Source: Dehalococcoidia bacterium
GTDB lineage: Bacteria > Chloroflexota > Dehalococcoidia > JACVQG01 > JAHKAY01
DNA length: 29,017 nt
Direction of reading: 5' to 3'
Assembly (NCBI GenBank): GCA_030744635.1
Contig: JASLQE010000387.1
Coordinates: forward strand, 1 to 29,017
Shown here one piece after another: positions 1 through 7,670 of this stretch. The position numbers and the translations under genes are program-made. The notes beneath the pieces are model-generated. The model did not search any database. It was given only the letters and a program-made list of their open reading frames with translations, and had not been told where the DNA came from. The first letter of the stretch is position 1; the number at the start of each line of letters is the position of its first letter.

Positions 1-1
1 G

Positions 2-751
2 CTGGATAAACGCCTGTCCCGTTTGCCGGAGGCCCAGCGGGAGGAGAGCCACCCCGCCCTGCTACAGGATATGAAGGAGCGGATCCGCAAATTCAACACC
101 TGGGGTTGCAACCTGGGACAGAGTGAACGGCGCATTCTTCCCTTCGCTGCCATAGATATCGGCCTTTTCTTCGGGGATGAGACCGCTATGATGGAGGAGT
201 TGGAGGATAAGCTGCGGATGGGGGCGAGGGGGGTGAAGGTGGTGCCGACCTTCACAGGCTACTACCCCGGAGACCGCCGAATGTTCCCGCTATACGACCG
301 CCTGCAGGAGGCCAGTTTACCCATGCTTTCCGATTCCGGCACCGGCGACGGGTTGGGACTGTACATAGACCAGGGCTATGGTGAGCCGGCTAACTTCGCA
401 GATGTGTTCCGCAACTTCCCCCGCCTGAAGTTCATCCTGGCCCATCTGCCCAGCGCCTATTGGGACCAGCGTCTGGATATCGCCAGGCAGTTCCCACAGG
501 TGTATTTTGACACCTCCGGCGGCTTCAGCAGCCAGCAGTGGCAGGGTAGGGACGGTCATCGCTCCTGCGCCGTGGAGGATGCCGCCCGTCTGATGCGCAA
601 TGTGGGCATCCAGAGGGTGCTGTTTGGCACCGATGGCCCGATGGCGGACTTCCGCATCCAGTTTGAGCAGATTATGGAGCTGGCCCTCTCCGACGAGGAG
701 AAACGCCGCATCTTCTCCGAGAACGCCCGGGAACTGTTGGAGCTGGCCTGA
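2..751 (+). CDS. Amidohydrolase family protein (amidohydro_2/ACMSD-like TIM barrel), 5'-truncated by the window edge
   Basis: Frame is open from base 2 (LDKRLSRLPEAQ), so the TTG at 23 is not the true start. Motifs GARGVK, ILAHLP, VYFDTS, VLFGTDGP and the C-terminal IFSENARELL are typical of the family. Confidence 0.85.
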   Translation: MDKRLSRLPEAQREESHPALLQDMKERIRKFNTWGCNLGQSERRILPFAAIDIGLFFGDETAMMEELEDKLRMGARGVKVVPTFTGYYPGDRRMFPLYDRLQEASLPMLSDSGTGDGLGLYIDQGYGEPANFADVFRNFPRLKFILAHLPSAYWDQRLDIARQFPQVYFDTSGGFSSQQWQGRDGHRSCAVEDAARLMRNVGIQRVLFGTDGPMADFRIQFEQIMELALSDEEKRRIFSENARELLELA

Positions 752-761
752 GCGTCCCGTA

Positions 762-770
762 TGCGATAAT
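762..770 (+). promoter_or_regulatory. Extended -10 element TGcGATAAT just upstream of the DUF3786-like start (possible leaderless transcript)
   Basis: TG-N-GATAAT at 762-770, ATG at 776, no Shine-Dalgarno between them. Confidence 0.4.
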
Positions 771-775
771 GGGCC

Positions 776-1375
776 ATGCCGGCGGGTGAGCAGCAGGCCT
801 GGGGCATCCTGGCCGGTCTGGACCCGCATGATGTGTGCGTCAGGGCGGATGCCGCCTTCGATAGCTCATCAGGCCTCTACATTCTGAGGTCGTTCAGCCA
901 GGATATCTTTGTCTCCCCCGGGGATAAAACCATATTCGGGCACACCCCCCCGGCGGACATGTTGCTGAATAAGCTCAATCGCTACTCAAGGCTTCCCATA
1001 CTCTGGTATCTGATTGGGGCACAGAATGTGCCCCTTTCGGGGGAACTGATAAAACCCAGCTCTCTGAGCGGCGGCCAGATTTATGAAAAGGGGACACACG
1101 TGCTCCCTTTGGGCCGGATTGCAGAGGAATATGGGAGCGATGTTCCGGAGTTTCTAAGCAGAGGCTTAGAGCTGGGCGGCGAGCCGCTCCGCTATGGGGA
1201 TGCTTCGGTTCAACTCTTCCCCTTCCCTCGGGTTGCCGTTACCCTACTGCTCTGGAGAGGGGATGGCGAGTTCCCCTCACGGACAGACCTGTTGCTTGAC
1301 TCCACATGTGAGCTACACCTGCCCGCGGACATCATCTGGTCCACCGCCATGATGTGCGCCCTTGTGATGTTGTAG
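776..1375 (+). CDS. DUF3786-domain-like protein
   Basis: 199 aa. LWYL..A..VPLSGELI, GG..Y.KG, F...G..LGG....GDAS....PFPRV.V...LW.GD.EFP....LL.D match my recollection of the DUF3786 pattern. Confidence 0.75.
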   Translation: MPAGEQQAWGILAGLDPHDVCVRADAAFDSSSGLYILRSFSQDIFVSPGDKTIFGHTPPADMLLNKLNRYSRLPILWYLIGAQNVPLSGELIKPSSLSGGQIYEKGTHVLPLGRIAEEYGSDVPEFLSRGLELGGEPLRYGDASVQLFPFPRVAVTLLLWRGDGEFPSRTDLLLDSTCELHLPADIIWSTAMMCALVML

Positions 1376-1401
1376 GAGAATGGGGGGGCTTCCCCGGTAG
1401 C

Positions 1402-2631
1402 TTACTTGCCTGTTGGGGCGGTCTCAGAGAAATACCTATCTGACATGGATATGGCTTTCTCCGTAAGGGCAAAGCGGAAAAGGATGCTGGCCCCGATGAC
1501 TGAGGCACCGCACATGAAGCCCAACATCCCGTAGCCCCACTGGGCCACCAGCAGCCCTCCCAGGGACATTCCAACAACAACCCCTCCCTGGTTTCCCGCC
1601 ACCAGGAGCCCCATCAGGGTGCCCCTTGAAAGTCCACCGGCATCGTTGCCCAGCGTCAGCATCACGGTGAAGGCAATGCGAAGTCCCAGCATCAGTATGG
1701 CGGCCATCGCCACCGAGGGCCACAGACCGGCCTCGAGCAGAAATGTAGCCAGGGCAAAGGCCAGTATTCCCAACAGGATGGTCGCAGACCGGTTCAGGCG
1801 GTTGCGGTGTCCGGCCACCCTGCCCCCCAAAAGCCCGCCCACTATGGTGCCCAGGGCAAACAGGGATACCGGCAGGGCTACCTGCGAGGCGGTTAGCCCA
1901 TACACCTCTCGCAGGAACGGTGGGAAGAAAATCAAAAGAATACCGTAGACGCCCTGCAGCAGAATTGCCATCGCCAACAGTTTCAGGCTTAACCGTAAGG
2001 AGAGAACTCGCCTGAGCCGGGCGGTATACCCCACCGAGCTACTGCGGGTGCCGGGAAGGCTTGGGGACAAAAAGAAGAAGGCCGCACCGGAGAGGAGCAG
2101 GAACAGCCCCACCGCTACAAAGGAGGCCCGCCACCCCATCAAGTCCCCAAGCACTGCCAGCAGCGGGACACCCACCAGGTTTGCGGTCCCCGGCATAGCT
2201 ACGAAGAACCCAGTTGCTCGTGCCTTTTTCTCCTGAGGGAAGGTGTCTCCGATAAGGGCCATTGCGGTGGGTGGTATCATTCCGGAGCCTATTCCCACCA
2301 GGATGCGAAAACCGGCCAGGACGACGAAGCTATCGGAGACAGCGGTGCCCAGCGCTCCGGCACCGGCCAGGGCCGCACCCAGGAGTAGCAAAGGCCTGCG
2401 TCCGTAGATATCAGACAGCGGCCCCACCAAGAGGCCTGTGGCGGACCAGGGGACCGCGGAGAAGGTCACAAGCTGTGCCAGGAGCGGGACACTGGTACCC
2501 AGGTCCTGGGCCATGTCCGGCAGCAGGGGTCCCAGCATAAAGAGTCCGGCAACCACATTGAATAACAGGGCACCCACGCCGGTGAGCATCACCCATGGAT
2601 GGGCAGGCCTGACTACGGTTCCTGTGCTCAA
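1402..2631 (-). CDS. MFS transporter
   Basis: 409 aa with about 12 hydrophobic segments, MFS motif A (GPLSDIYGRR) and FRILVGIG. Confidence 0.9.
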   Translation of the reverse strand: MSTGTVVRPAHPWVMLTGVGALLFNVVAGLFMLGPLLPDMAQDLGTSVPLLAQLVTFSAVPWSATGLLVGPLSDIYGRRPLLLLGAALAGAGALGTAVSDSFVVLAGFRILVGIGSGMIPPTAMALIGDTFPQEKKARATGFFVAMPGTANLVGVPLLAVLGDLMGWRASFVAVGLFLLLSGAAFFFLSPSLPGTRSSSVGYTARLRRVLSLRLSLKLLAMAILLQGVYGILLIFFPPFLREVYGLTASQVALPVSLFALGTIVGGLLGGRVAGHRNRLNRSATILLGILAFALATFLLEAGLWPSVAMAAILMLGLRIAFTVMLTLGNDAGGLSRGTLMGLLVAGNQGGVVVGMSLGGLLVAQWGYGMLGFMCGASVIGASILFRFALTEKAISMSDRYFSETAPTGK

Positions 2632-2650
2632 CGTTATGTTTCGCTTGTGT

Positions 2651-2686
2651 CCACCCAGAACGCACTACCAACCCGGTTCTGGGTGG
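2651..2686. other. Perfect 11-bp inverted repeat (stem-loop) between the QueG-like and MFS genes
   Basis: CCACCCAGAAC (2651-2661) / GTTCTGGGTGG (2676-2686), 14-nt loop, no U-tract on either side. Confidence 0.5.
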
Positions 2687-2746
2687 GTAGAGGTGGCCCC
2701 GGAATAGCAAACGCCTGTGCTAAGTTGAGGCATAGAACCAACATAA

Positions 2747-3916
2747 TCAATAGCCTCCAGTTGACCGTGATACGCCAGACGCGGCAATAATCTCACTCCG
2801 GGCATATTCGGAACATTCGGTAGCCAGGCTACCCTCCAGGATTTCCATGGCGCCCCGGCCTCCAATCCGCCCCAGCGCCCAGGCGGCGTGGCCGCGGACC
2901 AGCTCATCTGGGTCTCGCATCGCCCGGGCTAGGTGTGGAACGGCCTCCTCCTGTCCCAGGTTGCCCAGGGCCACTGCGACGTTCCGCTGCACATACCGCC
3001 CGTCCTTGATGTAGTGCAGCAGCGGGTATACTTTGTTGCGGAAGTACTCGGCGGACATATTGAGCAGCTTCTCCAGCCGGAAATCAGCGGCCACTTGCGC
3101 AGTGTACGCATGGGGAGGCAGCTTGGCCTTGAGCCGGGGCTGGTTGTGCGGACACACCTGCTGGCAGATGTCGCAGCCGTATATCCAGACGCCCATACGC
3201 TCTCTTATGTCCATGGGCAGCACCGTCTGTCCATCTCCCAGGAACGACCCCGGCGTGGCGTAGGAGTTGTAGGCCACACACATGAGGGGGTTCATCCTTA
3301 GGGGCTCGTAGAGGGCCCCAGTAGGGCAGGCATCTATGCACAGAGTGCACTTGTCTGGGCAGCTGACCTGCATCGTCGGCCGGTCATATTCCAGCTCCCC
3401 ATCTATGACCAGGGTGTCTATCTCGATGAACGAGCCGATACCCTCGGCAAAGGCGAAGCAGTTCTTGCCGAAGGTAGTCACCCCGGCGCGGGCGCCCGCC
3501 TGCCGGGCTGGAGGATTCACACCTCCCCTGCTGGTAAAGAACCCCTGCTTCTCCAGGAACTCCCTCAGCAGACGGTAGCGGGCACGGGGAATGGGGAGGG
3601 GCGTGCCGCCCCCATGGCCCAGGTAGAGCCGCCCAATCCTGCCCACCATCTTCGGTGGAAAGCTCTTCTTGAAGTAGTCGTAGACGGCAACTACGATGGT
3701 CCTAGCCTCGGGCATGGCGTTCCGGGGGTCGGCGGCCCGCAGCAGCCGCTGGTTGTCCCCCATGGCCCAATCGTACATGTGGAGGCGGCTGGAAAGCTCC
3801 CGTTGATAGATGGGGAAGCTCTCGGCGGGGGTGAACCCCACCCGGTCATAGCCGAGACGCAGCGCGTACTCTTTAATATCAGAGCTGACCGAGATGGTTG
3901 AATCCCCTTCCGGCAA
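2747..3916 (-). CDS. QueG-like (epoxyqueuosine reductase/reductive dehalogenase superfamily) cobalamin and 2x[4Fe-4S] protein with C-terminal HEAT repeats; substrate residues divergent
   Basis: CPDKCTLCIDACPTGAL and CVAY...GCDICQQVCPHN clusters, RAG...GKN...GS, and a HEAT-type tail (RNVAVALGN...VRGHAAWALGRIG). The start codon is uncertain. Confidence 0.85.
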   Translation of the reverse strand: MPEGDSTISVSSDIKEYALRLGYDRVGFTPAESFPIYQRELSSRLHMYDWAMGDNQRLLRAADPRNAMPEARTIVVAVYDYFKKSFPPKMVGRIGRLYLGHGGGTPLPIPRARYRLLREFLEKQGFFTSRGGVNPPARQAGARAGVTTFGKNCFAFAEGIGSFIEIDTLVIDGELEYDRPTMQVSCPDKCTLCIDACPTGALYEPLRMNPLMCVAYNSYATPGSFLGDGQTVLPMDIRERMGVWIYGCDICQQVCPHNQPRLKAKLPPHAYTAQVAADFRLEKLLNMSAEYFRNKVYPLLHYIKDGRYVQRNVAVALGNLGQEEAVPHLARAMRDPDELVRGHAAWALGRIGGRGAMEILEGSLATECSEYARSEIIAASGVSRSTGGY

Positions 3917-4060
3917 ACCGGTGAATTACCATCCCAAGATTACCACAGATTGGGTGTGGCATTCAGGTGTAGAGTAATAAGGGGGTAATGGGACACAGCA
4001 ATTTGGCTATGGCAGAGGACTAATTTTCCAATATGAGAGAAACACGATAAAAACAGAAAA

Positions 4061-4133
4061 TGGGCGATAGTGGAATTGAACCACTGACCCCTGCGATGTC
4101 AACGCAGTGCTCTAACCCCTGAGCTAATCGCCC
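4061..4133 (-). tRNA. tRNA-Val(GAC), CCA not encoded
   Basis: Reverse complement folds to a cloverleaf: acceptor GGGCGAT/ATCGCCC plus discriminator A, D-stem GCTC/GAGC, anticodon arm CTGCG-TTGACAT-CGCAG, T-arm AGTGG-TTCAATT-CCACT. Confidence 0.97.
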
Positions 4134-4144
4134 ATAGCGCAGAT

Positions 4145-4173
4145 ATTGTAGCAAAGGGGTAATATAGCGTCAA
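4145..4173 (-). promoter_or_regulatory. Sigma70-type promoter of tRNA-Val
   Basis: Minus strand TTGACG-N17-TACAAT with extended TG, 11 nt upstream of the mature tRNA 5' end. Confidence 0.75.
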
Positions 4174-4211
4174 CGCAGCAGGGATGGAGTCTCTGGGGTG
4201 GAATTTGTGCT

Positions 4212-4269
4212 GCCCACCGGCCCGCCCAGTAAGATTGTACTGGGGGACTTCGCCCCCCAACCCCCCCCT
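4212..4269 (-). repeat. G/C-run REP-like repeat, family B, uninterrupted copy
   Basis: Minus strand AGGGGGGGGTTG-GGGGGCGAAGTCCCCCAG-N10-CTGGGCGGG-CCGGTGGGC. Same layout at 11508-11566 and 15381-15581. Confidence 0.6.
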
Positions 4270-4395
4270 AAGACATGTATAACAGACACTTCTTCTTCAC
4301 CCACCTAACCTCAGTCTTTCTGCTGGGGCCTCCAGGCCTTATAATGTGGGCAAGTACACCACCGGGCAGTAGCTCTTCCCGGTGGAGGAGGGACC

Positions 4396-5178
4396 GTGAG
4401 CAAAGTAGTCACCGAAGTCAGAGGCCGTAGCTTCATTGTAACCATCAACCGTCCCCAGGTGCGCAACGCCGTGGACGGTGAGACGGCGGGGCTGCTTCTG
4501 AAAGCGGTGGACGAGTTCCGCCGGGACGAATACTTGGATGTGCTCATCATCATCGGCGCCGGGGACCTGTCCTTCTGCGCCGGTGCCGACCTCAAGGCCC
4601 TTGACGGCCTGCTACAACACCCCGGGGCCGAGGCCACAGGCCCCATGGGTGTCAGCCGTATCACTGACCTGCCCAAACCCGTCATCGCCGCCATAAACGG
4701 CTACTGCCTGGCTGGGGGCCTGGAGCTGGCCTGCTGGTGCGATTTCCGCATCGCCGATAGCACTGCCACCTTCGGAGTCCTCAACCGCCGCTGGGGTGTG
4801 CCGCTGATAGACGGAGGCACTCAGCGCCTGCCCCAGATAGTGGGCCTGGGCAACGCACTCTATCTGATTGAGACCGGTGCACAGATAGATGCCTCCCAGG
4901 CCCTCCGCATGGGGCTGGTGCAGGAGGTGGTACCCCCGGGGCAGGCCCTGGGCCGCGTACTGGAGCTGGCCGCCGTCATGTCCACCTATCCCCAGGCCAG
5001 CTTGCGCACAGACCGGCTCTGCACATACCAGGGACTGTCTTTGTCGCTATCCGAGGGGCTGGAGCTGGAGAAGCGGCTTCATCGGGGCAGCCTGACTGAC
5101 CCCAATATGTCGGACGGACTGGAGCGCTTCATCACCGGCCAGAGGCCGCAGCCACCCCGCCCCCCGGCCCTTTCCTGA
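4396..5178 (+). CDS. Enoyl-CoA hydratase/isomerase (crotonase) family protein
   Basis: SD GGAGGAGG before GTG. Motifs INRPQVRNAVD, FCAGADLK, KPVIAAINGYCLAGGLELA, RRWGVPLIDGGT. Confidence 0.93.
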   Translation: MSKVVTEVRGRSFIVTINRPQVRNAVDGETAGLLLKAVDEFRRDEYLDVLIIIGAGDLSFCAGADLKALDGLLQHPGAEATGPMGVSRITDLPKPVIAAINGYCLAGGLELACWCDFRIADSTATFGVLNRRWGVPLIDGGTQRLPQIVGLGNALYLIETGAQIDASQALRMGLVQEVVPPGQALGRVLELAAVMSTYPQASLRTDRLCTYQGLSLSLSEGLELEKRLHRGSLTDPNMSDGLERFITGQRPQPPRPPALS

Positions 5179-5194
5179 TTACCCGGGGCCTGCG

Positions 5195-5203
5195 TGCTAC
5201 AAT
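5195..5203 (+). promoter_or_regulatory. Extended -10 element TGcTACAAT of rarA (possible leaderless transcript)
   Basis: TG-N-TACAAT ends 6 nt before the GTG at 5210, with no SD. Confidence 0.55.
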
Positions 5204-5209
5204 GGTTGC

Positions 5210-6577
5210 GTGGAGGTTCCGGTGGACCTGTTTGAGCAGCAGCGCCGTGAGCAGACCGCCAGGGAGGCCCCCCTGGCCGCCCGCATGCGCCCCAGGAGCT
5301 TCGATGAGTTCGTGGGCCAGGCGCATCTGGTGGCACCGGAAAGGGTGCTACGCAAAGCCATTGAGGCTGACCAGGTGCCATCCATGGTGCTGTGGGGGCC
5401 TCCGGGCAGCGGCAAGACCACCCTGGCTTTTCTCATCTCCTCCCTTACCCGCTCCCACTTCGAGCCTGTCAGCGCCGTAACTGCCGGCGTGGCCGACCTG
5501 CGCCGCATAGTGGAGGAGGCTCGCCAACGCCGCGCCATGTACAGCAGGCGTACCATCCTCTTTGTGGATGAAATCCATCGGTTCAACAAGGCACAGCAGG
5601 ATGTCATCCTGCCCCATGTGGAGGAGGGGGTAGTGACCTTCATCGGGGCCACCACCGAGAACCCCTCGTTTGAGGTGGTCTCCCCGCTACTCTCCCGCAG
5701 CCGGGTGTTCTCGCTGGAGCCTCTGACACGGGAGGAGGTCAGCAGCATCGTGGAGTGGGCGCTCAAGGATTCGGAGAGGGGGCTGTGGGGGCTGAAGGTG
5801 GAGATGGCCGGAGAGGCCATGGACTTCCTGGTGGAGATGGCGGGAGGCGACGCCCGGGTGGCCCTCAACACCCTGGAGCTGACCGCTACCGCAACGGCTC
5901 CCGGCCCCGATGGGGTACGGCACATCCCCCTGGACACTATTGTTGATGCCGTACAGAAGCCGGCCTTGCTCTACGATAAGGCGGGCGACCAGCACTATGA
6001 CACCATCTCCGCCTTTATCAAGTCCGTCCGGGGCTCGGACCCTGATGCCGCAGTATACTGGCTGACCCGCATGATAGAGGCCGGGGAGGATCCCCTGTTC
6101 ATCGCCCGCAGACTGGTAATCCTGGCGGCGGAGGACATCGGACTGGCCGAACCCCAGGGGCTGCCGGTGGCGGTGGCCGCCTACCAGGCGGTGCACTTCG
6201 TCGGCATGCCGGAAGGGGCTATCCCCCTGGCCGAAGCCACCGTTTACCTGGCCACCGCTCCCAAGAGCAACACTACTTACGCCGCCCTCAACCGTGCCCG
6301 GGAGGAGGTGAAGAAGAGCCGACACCAGTCGGTGCCCCTGCACCTGCGTAACCCAGTGACCGGCCTGATGAAGCAGAAGGGATACGGCAAAGGATACAAG
6401 TACGCCCATGATTTTGAGGGCCATTTCGTGAATATGGACTTTCTGCCCCAATCGCTCCAGGGTCGGCGCTTCTACTACCCGGCGGAGCAGGGCTATGAGA
6501 AGGAGATAGCGCAGCGCCTCAAACAATGGTGGCGGGAGAAGAAGCCCGGGACGGAGCTACCAGATGAGTCTGGATGA
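5210..6577 (+). CDS. rarA: Replication-associated recombination protein A (RarA/MgsA AAA+ ATPase)
   Basis: PLAARMRP, Walker A GPPGSGKTT, FVDEIHRFNKAQQD, GATTENPSFEV, YDKAGDQHYD, KSVRGSD, VPLHLRN. Confidence 0.96.
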   Translation: MEVPVDLFEQQRREQTAREAPLAARMRPRSFDEFVGQAHLVAPERVLRKAIEADQVPSMVLWGPPGSGKTTLAFLISSLTRSHFEPVSAVTAGVADLRRIVEEARQRRAMYSRRTILFVDEIHRFNKAQQDVILPHVEEGVVTFIGATTENPSFEVVSPLLSRSRVFSLEPLTREEVSSIVEWALKDSERGLWGLKVEMAGEAMDFLVEMAGGDARVALNTLELTATATAPGPDGVRHIPLDTIVDAVQKPALLYDKAGDQHYDTISAFIKSVRGSDPDAAVYWLTRMIEAGEDPLFIARRLVILAAEDIGLAEPQGLPVAVAAYQAVHFVGMPEGAIPLAEATVYLATAPKSNTTYAALNRAREEVKKSRHQSVPLHLRNPVTGLMKQKGYGKGYKYAHDFEGHFVNMDFLPQSLQGRRFYYPAEQGYEKEIAQRLKQWWREKKPGTELPDESG

Positions 6578-6586
6578 GACCTCTCG

Positions 6587-6740
6587 CCCTTCGGACTGGC
6601 TCAGGGCGGCGGTCTCAAAGCCGCCGTGGTGTCTGAAGGACTCTCCGCCTTACGGTTCGAAGGACTCCGGACTCCTTCGGAGAGTCCGATACTTCGTTCG
6701 GACCGGATTCCTACGGAGAACCTGTCGAACCATGAGCGGC
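6587..6740 (+). repeat. REP-like long hairpin (family A) interrupted by an 87-bp hairpin cassette at 6632-6718
   Basis: Host arms TTCG(G)ACTGGCTCA-GGGCGGCGG and CCGCCGTGG-TG^AACCTGTCGAA. The insert aligns without gaps to the reverse complement of 26147-26233 (73/87 identical by hand count). Confidence 0.8.
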
Positions 6741-6814
6741 GAGTCGGGTAAGAAGGTGAGCATGGCCCGGCTGCGGTATCCGTGGAGCATGAATCAAAAT
6801 AAAAGGGGGTGGTC

Positions 6815-7566
6815 ATGAGACTTGAAGGCAAGGTAGCTCTGGTTACAGGGGCGGGGTCTGGCATTGGCAGGGCCATAGCCGTGAAGTTCGCCACGGAGGG
6901 GGCCGCTGTGGTAGTGGGCGATATCAACGAGGAAACAGCGGCGGCAACCGCAGAAAAAGTGCGCTCAGCGGGTGTAGCGGGGCTGTCTATTAAGGCCGAT
7001 GTGTCCAGCACCATGGAGACACAGGACATGGTCGCCAGGGCAGTGGCCGAGCTGGGGCGCATAGACATCCTGGTAAACAATGCGGGTGTCGGGGACTACA
7101 AGCCTTTTCTGGAGATAACGGAGGAGGCCTGGGACCGGTTCTGTCCATTCACCTGAAGGGCGCTTTCAACTGCACCAAAGCGGTGCTTGGCGATATGCTG
7201 GCCCGGCGTAGTGGCTGCATAGTCAACATCTCCTCGCTGGCGGGGACAACCGGCACCCCTTTCCATGTCCACTATTCAGCGGCCAAGGCGGGCATCATTG
7301 GCCTTACCAAGTCCCTGGCCAAAGAGATTGCACGGCACGGTGTTAGGATCAACGCCGTGGCCCCGGGATGGATTGACACCCCCCTGGGCCGCCAGGCCGA
7401 GGAGTACTTCGCCCGGCTGACCTCGCGCAACCGTATAGTAAGACCTCCCCTCGGCGTATCGGGCACGCCGGAAGATATTGCGGCTGCCTGCACCTACCTG
7501 GCGTCCGATGAGGCGGGTTTTGTTACCGGCCAGGTGTTAAGCCCTAACGGGGGGGCCTGGATTTAA
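6815..7566 (+). pseudogene. Short-chain dehydrogenase/reductase (FabG-like), split by a 1-bp deletion near 7137-7140 (possible sequencing error)
   Basis: TGAGSGIG and NNAG lie in ORF 6809-7156. YSAAK and NAVAPG lie in the next frame. Adding one base at CGG-TT-CTG restores WDR[V]LSIHLKGAFNCT. Confidence 0.85.
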
Positions 7567-7606
7567 GGCCGTGCCTCAGCTCTGGTGCGGCACCGGGAGC
7601 TGCCGA

Positions 7607-7635
7607 TTGCCTGTCAGGGCGTGTAGTGCTATGCT
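7607..7635 (+). promoter_or_regulatory. Sigma70-type promoter of the first CoA-transferase
   Basis: TTGCCT-N17-TATGCT with extended TG. Confidence 0.5.
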
Positions 7636-7670
7636 GTGAGGCAAATATTCAAAGAGCAAAGGGGGGTAAG

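Noticed and set aside
3917-4060. Cobalamin or preQ1 riboswitch upstream of the QueG-like gene
   Set aside because: No B12-box or preQ1 consensus could be recognised by eye. The ATTACCA direct repeat there is too short to call. An Rfam scan would settle it.
4098-4178. 10-bp repeat GTCAACGCAG in the tRNA anticodon arm (4098-4107) and its -35 region (4169-4178) as an att scar
   Set aside because: It is short, lies on the 5' side of the tRNA, coincides with the promoter -35, and there is no integrase nearby.
4760-4830. Crotonase lacking the second catalytic Glu (FGVLNRRWG)
   Set aside because: The RRWGVPLIDGG variant is, to my knowledge, a recognised crotonase subfamily feature and is not novel.
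6564-7080. ORFs 6564-6818 (+) and 6601-7080 (-)
   Set aside because: They consist of repeat sequence plus the antisense of the SDR.
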